Assembly: GCF_033153115.1 (NCBI RefSeq)
Contig: NW_026889759.1
Span: 6,386,001 to 6,450,000 of the forward strand
Source of the DNA: Saccostrea echinata
Lineage: Eukaryota
Length of the DNA: 64,000 bases
Direction of reading: 5' to 3'
The notes below the pieces were generated by a model. The model was given only the letters and a program-made list of their open reading frames with translations, was not told the origin of the DNA and did no database searches. Within the stretch, counting starts at the first letter, position 1; the number at the start of each line of letters is the position of its first letter. Made by a program: the position numbers and the translations under genes. This document shows positions 12,373-26,100 of this stretch, in pieces.

Positions 12373-12953
12373 GTAAGTTCTACATAAATGACAATTTCAT
12401 GTGTTTGAATTTTATCAATTTTATTCTTAGTTTCTTTACTGTAGGGGATTTTTATATGTAAGTAAAGAATGATATTTAGCACAAAAGTATATCCATGAAA
12501 TCAAATTAAAAACACAGGTGTGGTATGCTGTAATTGTCATTTTTGAGGACCTTAAGTTTTAAAGAATTGTTTTGCATATTATTGTGTTTTACACATTTTT
12601 TTATTTACATTGCAGTGAATAAGCACATTTCATGATATGTTTTTGTCATTAAGCATTTGTGGTTAATTTAGGTCTGAAATTATAATTATTTCACACCAGG
12701 AATATCCTGTTTAATCTAATTTAGGTATGATGGTGTTTATACAGTGATGTGTACACATGAATGTGATATTAAAAAGCAAAGTAAGACTTTTTATCTAATT
12801 GAAATTTAGACCTTTCATCTTGCTCTTCATAAATCTATTTGTTGCTCGTGAAAGGCTTTCATGTGTGACAAATAGATTTACAAAAAGTGAGATGATCAGT
12901 CTTATTTTAATTAGATTGAGTAAGACTTAACCCTTTTTTAAGAAGTATTTTAA

Positions 12954-13290
12954 GGACATACGCAATGTACCTTACCTACTGATAATTTTTCAAGATATTC
13001 TTCATTTAAGATTTTAGTGCCATCAGATGTTCATAGACAAAAACTCAGCATGTATTACCAGGGGTTTCGAAAAGATATCAATTGATGAAAATTTTTGTAT
13101 AATTCAAAGAAAATTATACAGAAAATACTAAACATATATTCTAGATGTTTTCTTTATCCAAACTTGCTTTAGAAGAAGTGTACAACAGCATATAGAGACA
13201 TTAAAATGTAGCACACAACTCCTTCAAGTATTGGAACTCTTCAACTCCAGGGAAAAGGACAATAAAGTTCAAACTACGTTGCGTATGTCC
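12954..13290. mobile_element. Kolobok-like MITE
   Basis: 16-bp TIRs GGACATACGCAA(T/C)GTA, GG...CC termini, TTAA TSD (12950-12953, 13291-13294). Confidence 0.8.
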
Positions 13291-13504
13291 TTAAGTTATG
13301 AATATATGAATGCCAGCTTTTTCATATTGATATAAGATTTGATACAGAAAAGTAAAATCATATTGTCTTTTTTTTTAATGTACCATACAATATATATTTC
13401 TGGTATTAAAAACAGAAGTGCACACACATACATGTAGTAATTAAGTAATTAAACCATTGTTAAGTGTCATTATCCCTGGTATGCACTAGCTATAAAATTG
13501 CAGT

Positions 13505-13576
13505 TCACTGGTCTGAAAAAAAAATGGGATGAAATTTCTGGTCATCCCTCCCATATTTTTTTTTTCAGACCAGTGA
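13505..13576. repeat. 72-bp hairpin / mini-MITE
   Basis: TCACTGGTCTGAAAAAAAAA paired with TTTTTTTTTCAGACCAGTGA, plus inner GGGATGA/TCATCCC. Confidence 0.75.
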
Positions 13577-13941
13577 GCAACAGGTGTATTTATACAGAAT
13601 AAAGTTCCAAATCACTGCTGATTAAGGTTCATCACCCCTTTGATTTCTCATGTAAAAAAAAAATCAAGCTAAAAAGCCTTATGATTTTAAAAAGGATATC
13701 TATTTTATAACTAAAATGCACACAATTTTAGCACACCTTGTGGAACAAATTTTGACAGAAATCACAAATTTATATTTAGGAATAATAGTCATTTCTGTCT
13801 TTGAAAACCTTAAGTTAAAGTTTCGATCATGCTTGTAATATGTTTAAGTACAACTTGTCTAAATATTGAGAAACGCACCTATTTAAATATCAGATCTTTT
13901 CAGTTTCAGTTAACAGGATAGAACTTGGATAAAAACATCAA

Positions 13942-14134
13942 ATGACCTTGACCATGAGGCCTTACTATTTACCCTTGACCTTTGTCTTCCTTTCCATCTC
14001 CATTGTCATAGCAACCAGTTCCATTCACCATGACTACTGTGTTATAGGAGCAGGACCAAGTGGCCTTCAGATTGGATATTTTTTACACCAGAAAAACAGG
14101 GACTATATAATTTTTGAGAGAAATAATGTATCAG
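13942..14134 (+). CDS. FOXRED2: FOXRED2 coding exon 1 (signal peptide, GxGxxG)
   Basis: ATG 13942; GAGPSG at 14047-14064; donor CAG|GTATTT, phase 1. Confidence 0.92.
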
Positions 14135-17100
14135 GTATTTTTTTTTAATGTATATGTATTTGATGACAAGTGTTCTAATGCAATAAATTTTTGGTGAGAG
14201 AGCTATCTTTTGTGGTGAGCTGTGCTCCACAGTACTGTTTGTTTCATTTGCAAAGCATATTCTTGGTTCATAAAATATGGTTGATAAACACATAAGAATG
14301 TCAAGAAATAGGCAAGTGCAAATTCAGGTAGATAGTTTTATACATCTATGGGAAAAGTAGATGGTTAATTTTTCAATATAAATCTAGATAATTGAAATTT
14401 TTCATGCTAGCTTGTCTATTTAGGATTCATTTTCTCATTGATGATGATAATGAAAAAAAACCCAAATCCCTCAGCAATTCTCCTAAAAGGCCTGCGATTT
14501 ATATATCTATAGACTGTGCTGTTGTATTGCCAGTGGATTGTATTTTTTTGATTGCCGATCAATACTTGTATGACATGATCTGTCAATTATTATTATACAA
14601 AACCCCCAGATGAGTAAATTTTCATTTCCTTTCTCTCCACAATGTTCTCTGATGATGACTTTTATCCAATAATCTCCCAGAAAGTATGAATACCAATAGT
14701 GATTGATGAGCCAGTGTAAGAACCAAGTCATATTATTTTTATTAATTGAAACAGGCAATCATCTTGCATAATACACATGATAATATTAAAGATTGGTAGT
14801 ACGGTACTTGTTACCATAATAATTCTGTAATGACGAATGTTATTTTTCTTTGATATTCAAGTACTGAAAATCACCTAATTTTTGCAATACCTTATTTTCG
14901 TGTTATACTCGGTGTAGCATAATATTTTGATATCGCGATATATTGAACCCAAAAGAATGGAAATTTCACAAGTAGACGGTTTTGCGTAATTGTGCAAAAA
15001 TAAAGTTCTCATAAATAAAAAGTGATTTATAAATTTATCCTGATAGAGCTTAACTAGACTCTAGTGGATTTTTGCCTACCTGAGCCAAAGGTGCAAATGA
15101 GCTTTTCTGATTGAAATTCTTTTAGTGTTTGACTCTTAAGTGATATCTAATGTACATAATCTGTGATTTCCTTTTTTCCACTCAAAATTATTCAAACTTT
15201 GTACACTGATAGCATACAAATGAAAGCATCCAAATGCATTTTGAATGAATTTGTGTGATATTAGCAATTAAGTGATTGCCATCAATCAAATGGCAATGCA
15301 GATTGAGGGCCAACTTGTTGTGCTCTTGATCATTCCAATTTCTTGCAACAGTTAATAAAATCTAAAATTTGCCAAAATTTGGGATGATGAACTGAAATAT
15401 CAACATTATTGTTTTTGAAGTGCATTCCATTTAGATCAATTGAAATGCAAGTTTTTATAAATGCTCATTTATTTTTCTCAGGTAGCTTTTATGTGAAGTA
15501 CCCTCGCCATAGAAAACTCATCAGCATTAACAAAAGAAACACCGGGAAAACAAACAAGGAGTTTAACCTACGCCATGACTGGAATTCCCTCCTCAGTCAC
15601 GACGAATCCCTCCAGATACGCCATTACTCCAAAGAGTTGTTCCCTCATGCAGATATTCTTGTTAAATACCTCAAAGACTACACTGAAAAACTGGGCCTCA
15701 AAGTACAGTACAACACGAATATCCAGAACATCCAGCGACAAGAGGACCTGTACACAATGGAGGATAACAATGACCAACGTTACACTTGCTCGTAAGTTTG
15801 TTTCCGTGTTGTGATGACGTACGACAGACAGGGCACACCCTCTTCATCTTATTCATTTAGATTGATGTATGATCTATTGTACAACACTAAAATTTTTGTG
15901 ACACCTTATTTTTGTGAGATTGCTGAACGCAAACAAAATTTTCATGAATTTTGATTATTGCGCTATAATTTTTTAATAGTAGAAGTATATGCAAGAATGA
16001 ATTTTTTGCAAGCAGACAGTCTCAAGTAATTACACGAAAATAAAGTTGTCATGAATAAAAATTGATTTGCAGTTCAAAGCAAGATATTTGAACATTAAGG
16101 ATATCAGATGAAACATTAATGGGAAGACTGCAAAATTCAATTAATCCATAACCAGAAATGAAACCATAAAATATTGAGGACTTCTTCTCTCCAAAAGTCT
16201 AAATACCATGTTCTAATTAGGGGGGTCTCATCTTTCATCATGTTCATAAAAAAATAAGAGAATTCACAAAACATACCACATAATCCTGCTATAAACTTGC
16301 AGACGGACAAAACACACAAACAAACAAAAGATGACTGATTGATTCAGCATACAGCAATATTATATTGTATGCTAGGTCAACAAAGGCTCAGCAAGCACTA
16401 TACATTCACCGGGTATGCGAATGAAATATACAGACAAAAGAAACTTCTTCTTTTAAGAAGGCTTGGATATAGAGAAGCTGTGATGTTTTACAAATCAGTA
16501 ATTAGGCAATCATTTATGTACGAATGTTTTTTAACACTATGAAGACTTAGATATACACTGTATCACTATGAAGTCATAAGACTTTTTGACTGAATTTGAT
16601 GCAAAACATTTTTTTTAGTGGTCTGGAAAAAATGTTATTAATGAGCAAAAAAAAAAAAAACAACAGTTTTCCATCAACTTCTGAAGAAATGCAGACAAAT
16701 TGAAAAATGCCAGATAAAAAAATTCTGTTATTAGAAAAGAGGTGTCATGATTGTTGTGTGCAAATCTCCAAGTCATAAACCAAGAATGGTTTACAGTACA
16801 TGAAATGAACAGGAAATTACTTCTTTTTTTGGTACAATTCCAGGATATTGCTGTCAAATTGTTCCAGAACCTTTCATATTTGTTAACATCAATTTAAAAA
16901 AATTCTGAATTGCAACATTTTTACACTAGCAGTAACTTTTCTTTTCAAAAGGACATAAATTTTTTTTTGTACAATTCCAGAATATTGCTGTCAAATTGTC
17001 CAGAGCCTTTTACTTTTGCTAACATCAATTAAAAAAAAAAATTCTGAATTGCAACATTTTCACACTATCTGAAATTTTTTTTTATCAAAAGGACATCAGG

Positions 17101-20100
17101 GTATTGTTTAGTGATTGAATGAAGCAATTTGTACTAGAAGCCATCATAAATATTTAAACACTGTAAAAGATTACTGAGGCATTGTGATTAGTTACATGTA
17201 TTCAATGGGTATTTTTTCTAAAACATCCCCTTTCATTAAGCGTTAATCAATGGGTGGGCTGTGAAAGGTTGCATGAACCTCCATTTGACTGACATCCTAT
17301 CCCAGCATTGATTTATTGTGTAAATACTACTGGGTATGCGATCCAGATTGTAATTTTCTAAATTGATTCAGTTTTGTGTCCCCATGATTATAATCAATTT
17401 TGAAATGACACCCACTTGAGATGTTGATTTTTCTGTTCTGATGCAGTGAGAATGTTAATTTAATTTTATTTATTGCAATATGCATTATAATATTACGTAA
17501 ATCAAATCAGGCTTTAATGTATGCCAAGAATTCAAATCACTTTCCACAGATTTGATCTGAACATATTTGATAATGTGAAATACATGATTAGGCAGCAATA
17601 TTGCTTATATAACCCTTCTCCATTTCTTGACAGATAACCTATTAGCTAAATAAATAAATAAATATGATTTACCAATAAAATGTTGAGTTGAAACATTTTT
17701 ATTATGCACCCTAATCAGAGATTCAGGGGAATATGTTTTTGGTCTGTCTGTCTGCCTGTCTGACCACCAGTTTATCTGTTTGTTCAAAAAACTTAAACAC
17801 TGGCCATAACTTTTGTGAACGATTGGTGTTAGGGCTTTTATATTCCACATGTGTATTTGTTGTGACAAGACTTTTCTTTCGGTACATGTACCAACATTTT
17901 TGACCTCATGACCTTGGAGTATGGCCTACTTTTGAAAAACTTTGACCAAACTTGCACCTTGGCCATAACTTTTGAACAGTTGGAGCTAGGGTCTTCATAT
18001 TTCATATGTATAATTCTTGTGACTAATCTTCCTTTGGGTTCCAAATTTTTGACCTCATGACTTTGACCTTGGAGTTTGACCTACTTTTTTAATAGACTTT
18101 AACCTTGGACATGAGATGCCACATGAGGGTACATGTATCAGTGTTTCACAAGCACATCTTGTTCAAATTTAGTTTTCATGAATCGCATGCCATTTTCGTC
18201 AAAGCATATCTTGCTAATTATACAGGGATGGATAGCTGCATGCAGCTACCCTATGTTTCTTGTGTTCCATTTATCAATTAAATTCGCGATGAATTACAAC
18301 TGATTAGGTATACCATAGCATTTCGTGGTAAGCTATTACATCAGAGATGAAGCTGTGTTAAATAACTATTCTGATGTCACTGGCAATGAAAGATTGTAAG
18401 AATCATTCAAATTTATGAGCATAGGATAATAGGCAAAGGATCAAATTTTGTCAATTAGGATCAAGGCTTGGCAAGGCCTGGATGGCAAAATGTGATTTAA
18501 AAGGGTGAAAGTTATCTATCTAATACTCATATAATTATAAGTATTCTTTTAATCATATCATTGGGATATTTCCTTCAAAACAATTGCACAAACATATCTT
18601 TTTTTTTTGGTTATGCAGACTCTGTAGATAAAAAGAGCAAATGAAAGACTGATAAAGTACACAAAAATTTGGTTTTTGGAATATTAAAAAACCCATATTA
18701 CACTGGCATATCATACATCTTAGGTGCTGCTGTGGCCTACAACATATAGATGGAGTGGTATAAGATAAACATTGTGACACCACATTGATGTTAGAATAAT
18801 GTTTTCTAGGTTTCTTAAATGGGATATTCCTGTCTTTTACATTTGAAGGTATGACAGAGAGAGAAAGAAATCACACACTGTTGTTTAGCATGAAAATCAT
18901 TGTGTCTCATACGGCTACTAATGAGAGAATTTTCCTTGTAATCAAATTTCTCAGTAGTCCACAAATAGAATAAATTTCAACTGATTGCTCATTGATTTCC
19001 AGAGAGAGAGACTGCCTGACTGGGGTTTGGAGCCGGTGATTGATGCGATCCCTCCATAAAGAGGTTATCATAGATGGAGGGAATTATGATTGATGAAGAA
19101 AATATCTTCCAGTTGATTTCATTAATCTTTCATTTTTTTTTTACAGAAAATTAATTGTAGCTACTGGAATAGCTACTCCCAACATTCCAAAAGATGTCGC
19201 TGGCATGGAGTACGTGATTGGATATGAGGACGTCTCCATCAATCCCGAAGATTTTGAAGGGCAAACAGTTCTTATACTTGGTAGTATATAAAGGAGATCT
19301 GAGTTTATTATAAGTCTTCTGTCAAAATCTAGTCAGTAGCTGTCAGTAAACTTAAGATGTAATAATACATTTAATTGTTCAATGACAGTGATAATATTGC
19401 TGCTGCATGATGATGTACATTCTCTGTTATTGTTCATACAATTCAGTTACCCCCCCCCCCCCCCCCCCAACACACTCACACACCACTATCACACTATGAA
19501 AACTTTGAACTGATCTATATATAAAATCATAATTATTAACATTTACGAGGGGTGATCAAAAAGTTCATGAACTAATTGAATTACTTCCATAAAAGAAATC
19601 AAAAAAGGTTTCAGTGTTTACTATTCTTTAAAGTAGGCCCCTTCAGTTTTAATGCACATATATCAGCCTTCTTCCCTTGCACAAAACACTTCTGGCCCAA
19701 GCGGTCACATGGCATGCTCTGTAGTTTACTGTTCACAGCAGCCAAAAGATTTTCCTGGGTCTTATACCGGTACATGTATTTCTTACCATGCAGTTATTTT
19801 TATAAGAAGAATAGTCCATTTTTCACAAATTGCCAAATCTCGGCAATAGGATAGGTGGAATAGAATATCTTTTCCCAGTGAGAACATGGTGTCCATAACA
19901 ACCCGACTCCTCTGTCTTGGATGCGTCGTGTATCCAATGTGGATCATGTATGGGTGCTTTCTCTATATCATATCTGATCTGTTAACTGTTTAAAGTAAAT
20001 GAAATTTAAGGGGATCAAGAATTAATTTATTGTTAGAATATACAACTATTTTTCTAACTGTGACTTGGCTATCCTTCATAACAAATTGCTCAACTAAGGA

Positions 20101-23100
20101 CACATCTCATTCCCAACTTACTTTCACTGGGCACCCAGAACGAACATCATTTTTAACCATCTCCCTTCCTTCACTTAAACAATCAATCAAGTTACTAATA
20201 ACACTTTTGGCAAGTCCTTTGTCTTCATAAACCTTGTACAAATTAATATATGCTACTGCAAAGGATTTTCCAAGATTTACTTAAAAACTTTACAGCCATT
20301 CCTTTCTCTAGTACTACCGAGTCAACCATTTTTTGTCACAAGTCATCCTCATATTGACATCATTTTTACATTGTGACAACATAAACATGGAGGTAAATAT
20401 TATGTAACTGACATGCTATTTATAGATCATGTTTAAAACATTTATATTCCAATTTTCATTCTGATCTGAATTGTGGTTATGTAGATACAAAAGATAGTTC
20501 GCAAACTTTTTGATCACCCCTCGTTTAATTCACAAACTTTTTGATCACCCCTCGTTTAATTCTAAACATTGAAAAGAATTACATTTGTTTAAAAAAATCA
20601 CTGTTTGTTTGACAAACAGAACTCGAAATATATATTAACATTGCTCACCCACATTCCCTCTATTCCTACATAATAATAAATATGTTTACAAATAAATATA
20701 CTTATTACAAGTGTAAAGAAGCTTAAGTGTTCAGTAATAGAATGACCTGTTTTTTCTACTATGTAAGAGTGTCCAATACCAGAAATTTGATACAATTTTG
20801 TTCAAGTTGCTTTGGTATGTTTAGACATAGGAATTAAAACCAGAGATCTGAATATGCCCAAATACATCACTATTAAATGTCAAACGTACAGCAGTGTCAT
20901 TATCACACAGCACAGGTGTAATGTTATTGATCAGAAGGGAGCAAAATCGCCTCAGTTTGTGAGTTTTTTTTTTTTTTAGCAAATTGACGTGCTTCATGTC
21001 AGATTCAGAAAATTTAACAGAAGCAAGATGTGACACTTTAGGGTTATGTTGTAATAATGTTATAAATTAGAAAAATGCAGTATTTATCGTGTTTATATAT
21101 ACTTTGCCTGATTAAAAGAGATACAACGAAATAAATAAAAAAAATATTAAACAGGTAACAAAAATAGTTTTTGACATATGTACACTCAAAGTCTATTAAA
21201 AATAACTGGTGTTATATTTCATGTAACATGTTGAAAAAAAAAATCAATGCACTCTTTTTAATCATCAGTTATTAAATATCTAATTCTAGTTGGCCAGTAC
21301 CAGTAAATGATCAGTAGGAAAAAATACATTGTAATTAAAAAACAACTTTGATACTTTTAAATGATGAGATGGTGTCTGCATAAAAACTTTGCACTATCAG
21401 TTTTATAATTATACTGTCAAAGTGTGAGCACTAAAAACAATTATGGCAAGAAATAATGATTATTGCTTGAAAGACTTGCTACTATAAACCCATAACACAT
21501 CTTAGAAACACTGTATTTGTTAAACATTATAGATTTCTAATTAAGGTGATTTCCACTGATCACATTACAGGGGAAGGAATGATTTCCTTAAATAATAATG
21601 GTTTTATTCCACAGGACGTGTTAATGTGACTAAATAATAACGGTTTTATTCCACAGGGCGTGGTAATGCCGCATTTGAGACTGCTGATGCTATCTATGGA
21701 AATACTAATGTGGTCCACATGGTAGCTCGTTCCAGAGTGAGACTTTCGTGGGCCACTCATTATGTAGGAGATCTCAGGTTTGTGTTATCTGATAGTGGTG
21801 AGAGCAGTTTCTTGTTCTTTTTTCCCTTATGTTTAATTGCACTTATTCCACTGAAGCAAGTGATGTGAAAAATATAAATGCCTTATTAGTAAAATTTTGT
21901 TTCTTTATGGACAATTCTCTTGCAGACAGACCCATTTTGTCCCAGCTAGCTGACAGCTTTGAACAAATTTCCTTCCCCTATTTCCTAAAGAAGAATAAAA
22001 TAATGTCTTCAAGTTGAATGGTCAATATACTTGATCACTCAATCAAAAGCTAAAAATGCTGCCATCCCATAATTCTTGTTACCTAGCAACTGTTTCCAAA
22101 GCCTAGCAACAAGCACTGTTCCCAAAGCGTAGCAGCATGTACCGTTCCCAAAGTCTAGCAACATGTACCATTCCCAAAGTCTAGCAACGTGTACTGTTCC
22201 CAAAGTCTAGCAACATGTACTGTTCCTAAAGCCTAGCAGCATGTACCGTTCCTAAAGTCCAGCAACATGTACTGTTCCCAAAGTCTAGCAACATGTACCA
22301 TTCCCAAAGTCTAGCAACATGTACTGTTCCCAAAGCATAATACTTTGATAGAGAACCATTAGATAAACATTTTGAAATAATATTTCTTGAATTTCAGTAA
22401 AGACTTCTTTGTTGAATACATTTTGTCCAAAGATGCTTTTGTTCCAAGCATGTATTTATGAACAAGCATGTTTTGCTGTACAGTTAAACTTAGATATCTT
22501 GAACACTGATTTCTCGAATACCAGGGATATATCAAAGTAATTTTGAAGTCCCAGTTGCTTATTATTTAGGTATTTTATCCTTGATGTCTCAAATCCTCGG
22601 ATATCTCAAGGTTTTTTCTTGGTCCTATCAATTCGAAATAGTGAGATTTTACTATATATGAATACATACAAATTCAACATTTACAGTAGCACATTAAATA
22701 CACTGTAGGTCTTGAAATGATTATAACTTAAGAACTTAGTAAATTACTGAGCATTTCCTGAAAATCTCTTATAAAAGTAAATTTGCTTATAAGGAAGTCT
22801 AGGGAAAATGAATCTTTAGTTCCTTATAATTTCTTTGTATCCATACAAGAAAGTGTCATGATATTAGGGATAATGAAAAGGTATAACTTCCTTATAACAA
22901 AGAATTCCTTGTATTTGATTTCCTTATAAGCAAGTTTCACTGGATGTTTTTTTTTCCACAGGGCAGTCAACAATGGACTTCTTGATACATATCAGTTGAA
23001 ATCATTAGATGGTGTCCTAGAAGCAGGGCTGGAGGAAGTCAAAATCGTGAAAAAGGATGGAAAGCTTCACCTTCAGTTCAAAGAGGATGAAGAAGACCCA

Positions 23101-26100
23101 GTTTACTCCATTGATAACTTTGCCCTCCGGGATCCTTATGATAAAATCATTCGCTGTCTGGGATTTGTATTTGATAAGTCTATTTTTAACAAGTAAGTCC
23201 ATTTTTTTTATTTGATGGAAACAGAGTCAATTATTCACTCACGTGAATGTTTTGTGTGCATTTGATTAATTTGGTTTCCTAAAATTTGGTATAATACACA
23301 TGTGTAAGTAAATGATAATCTAAAAACTTTTAAGATTACCAGTGTGAAAATAAACTATTCTATGCTACAGTTAATTATTTCATGAACTGCAGCATGTATC
23401 TAAGACTGATTTTGATAATCTTATGCGTATAAAGAAGATAAGAATTGTGTGGATTTTTTGCAGCAAAACAGTGATCTCATCTGGAAAAGGTAGAGCGAAA
23501 AAATACCCAAAAATTACCTATGATTACGAGTCCGTGGAAAACCCGGGCATGTTCTTTGCTGGCACAAACACTCATTCCCTGGACTTCAGAAAATCAGCTG
23601 GAGGTTTTATCCATGGATTCAGGTATACAGGTAAGTAAAATCTGGAACACATACATAGGTGCTCTAAGTAAAAGACACAACCACATCATATTATCTGCTA
23701 CATTTATTATCCCCTCACAATGAAGTTGGAGGGGATATAGTAACGTGCATGTATGTGTGTGGGCTGGGGAATTTGTGAGAGTGTGTTTCCATTAAACAAG
23801 TAATAATTTATGTATGGATAAATGTACTCTTTTGCGAGGGGATGCTTCGCTCTGTGGTGCCCTTGTTATATGTAGAGATTTGTTATTTGAACTGCTAACT
23901 GCAGATGTACAAAATGTATATTAGTTCAAAACTATATAAATATTAACTACCAGAATACAAAGTTTTAACATGGATGTGTAATAAAATGTTGGAGGTTATA
24001 AACTATTCTTGCTTCATACTTTTTCAGCCCGTGCCCTGCATCATCTGTTGGAATGGAGGTATCACCAGGTCCCCTGGCCCTCGATCACAGCTCCCATCAC
24101 CCAGATAGAAAACACAATAGTAAAGAGGTTGAATGAGGCATCAGGGACATACCAAATGTTTGGAGTGTTGGGGGACATCATTGTCATTAAAGAGTAAGCA
24201 TCCAAAGTTGTTAGTAAATGCGGGAATGTCGATCCAGGTGCTGGTGTCTAGAAAAGACAAAAAATCTATATTTCTTTGATACAGTAAAACTGCTTTTGCA
24301 CAAACACAGATAATAGTGAATTTACAGATATTGTGTTTTTTTTATTTTATTTTTTTTTTAGGGGGGGGAGGGGGTCCCCAGCAACATTCTTGGCAATTCC
24401 TTGTAAAATGTTATGGTTAAAACTAACTCTGATATAATGAATTTGTGTCCTGTAGAGGTTAAAAATAATGATATTTGCATCTTTTATAGCAATTTTTTTA
24501 AGGTCACAAAATTTAGAAATAATAAACTATCTTTATTTTCTATAAGTATTTGTGACTACAATTCTTTTAAACAGAAAAACTGAAGTTCTCCAAGGTAGAT
24601 TTTATATTTAGTGTACTTGTATGAGCATATTCAGTATTCATAAGAAGGTAAACACGTATATGTACATGTGTATATTGCAAATTTGCCAAATAAAATTTTA
24701 CGAATTCATTATATGGATATAGATATAGTGAAACAAATTAGAAACCAAACTGTGCACAATGATCATCTGTTACATTTACTTCAGTTTTTATCTCATGTGT
24801 CATGTGCATTATATTGATTGCTGTAGTTTTCAATTAAGTTTCAAATGTTATTTATAATATATCATACTTCAGTCGGTAACATTTGCTAATATTATACTTT
24901 TATGTAAATTAGTTGAATTTGATTCGTTGACAAACATTTGTTAAAAAACACTATTACCCTCTGAATGATGAAACAATGCCCTCCAGCATAGCAACAGCCA
25001 ACATTGCTTGACAACGGGTGATATTCCAAAAAAATATTAACTGCACAGAATTTATGTGCTCACGGTTCAGTGCTATATTTATTTGTATGAAACATTCAAT
25101 ATAATATAATATGATAAATACAGCATGTACATGTAGTTGAGGGTAACCTTGAAAATTTTTGCCCCGCAAAAACCATTGTCAACCTCGACTGCACCTCGGT
25201 TGACAATGGTTTTCTTGGGGTGAAAATTATCAGTGTTACTCTCAACTACATGCAGTATTTATATTATGACAAAATGAAGTATCATTAAAAAAATTTACTA
25301 AGCTGTACTCTTTTGGATAAAATGAAAATAAAAACATAATTTTCTCTCTCTCTCAAAAAGAAATTTCAAGTCTTTGTGTAGGTTTCCAGTCATAAAAACA
25401 TGATATTTTACAGTAATGATAAATAAGTTTTTTTTCCTGCAGTAATGGTCTGGAGTTTGATTACTTGGAAGAGTTCCCTATCAATCTTATCGATGACTTT
25501 TACAAACATTCTGGACACAATGTCACTCGTATCATCGCCATTGTTATGGAGTATGGCAAGGATTTTTCCGGACCAGGCAATGATATTTTCCGCATTGATC
25601 GTGCCACAGGAGAACCAGCAGAAGCCCACCAGTCAAACTTTCTACACCCTGTGTTTTATTATTACGACAAACTTCCAACATGTAAGACATTACTCAAAGA
25701 CATGCCAGGAAATATTTCACATTGTGGGTTGAGAAATTTTAGCTATCAAGAGATATTGAAATTAAAAAAAAAAGCATCTTGTCTGCAGACCATAAAACTT
25801 CTTGACCTTGAATTAATAAGAATTGACTATCTATACATGTTTCATTCATATAGCTGTAAATTAAATGTACTTAACTTTAAAAGATAAATATTGAAAGCAT
25901 CTCCTACATAAATTTTGATAAGATAAAATTTTCATTCAACTTCTCCACATTGTTGCAAGCTACAGCTGGTCTTTATAAACTGTTACAGCGGAAGACATGC
26001 AGAAGAAACCTCTGAGGGATGTTCTTCCTCCTCCAAAATTACTCCACCATATTGTGGAGGATTTCCTGACCTCCTGGGACGGCTGGACCAGTCACCTCCT

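Noticed and set aside
22083-22336. 26-bp repeat array as a CRISPR array
   Set aside because: Units are contiguous with no unique spacers, no cas genes, and it lies in a eukaryotic intron; it is a minisatellite.
25682-25887. ORF continuation beyond FOXRED2 exon 8
   Set aside because: A good donor at 25682 and an in-phase exon 9 explain the gene; the read-through is AT-rich intron sequence.
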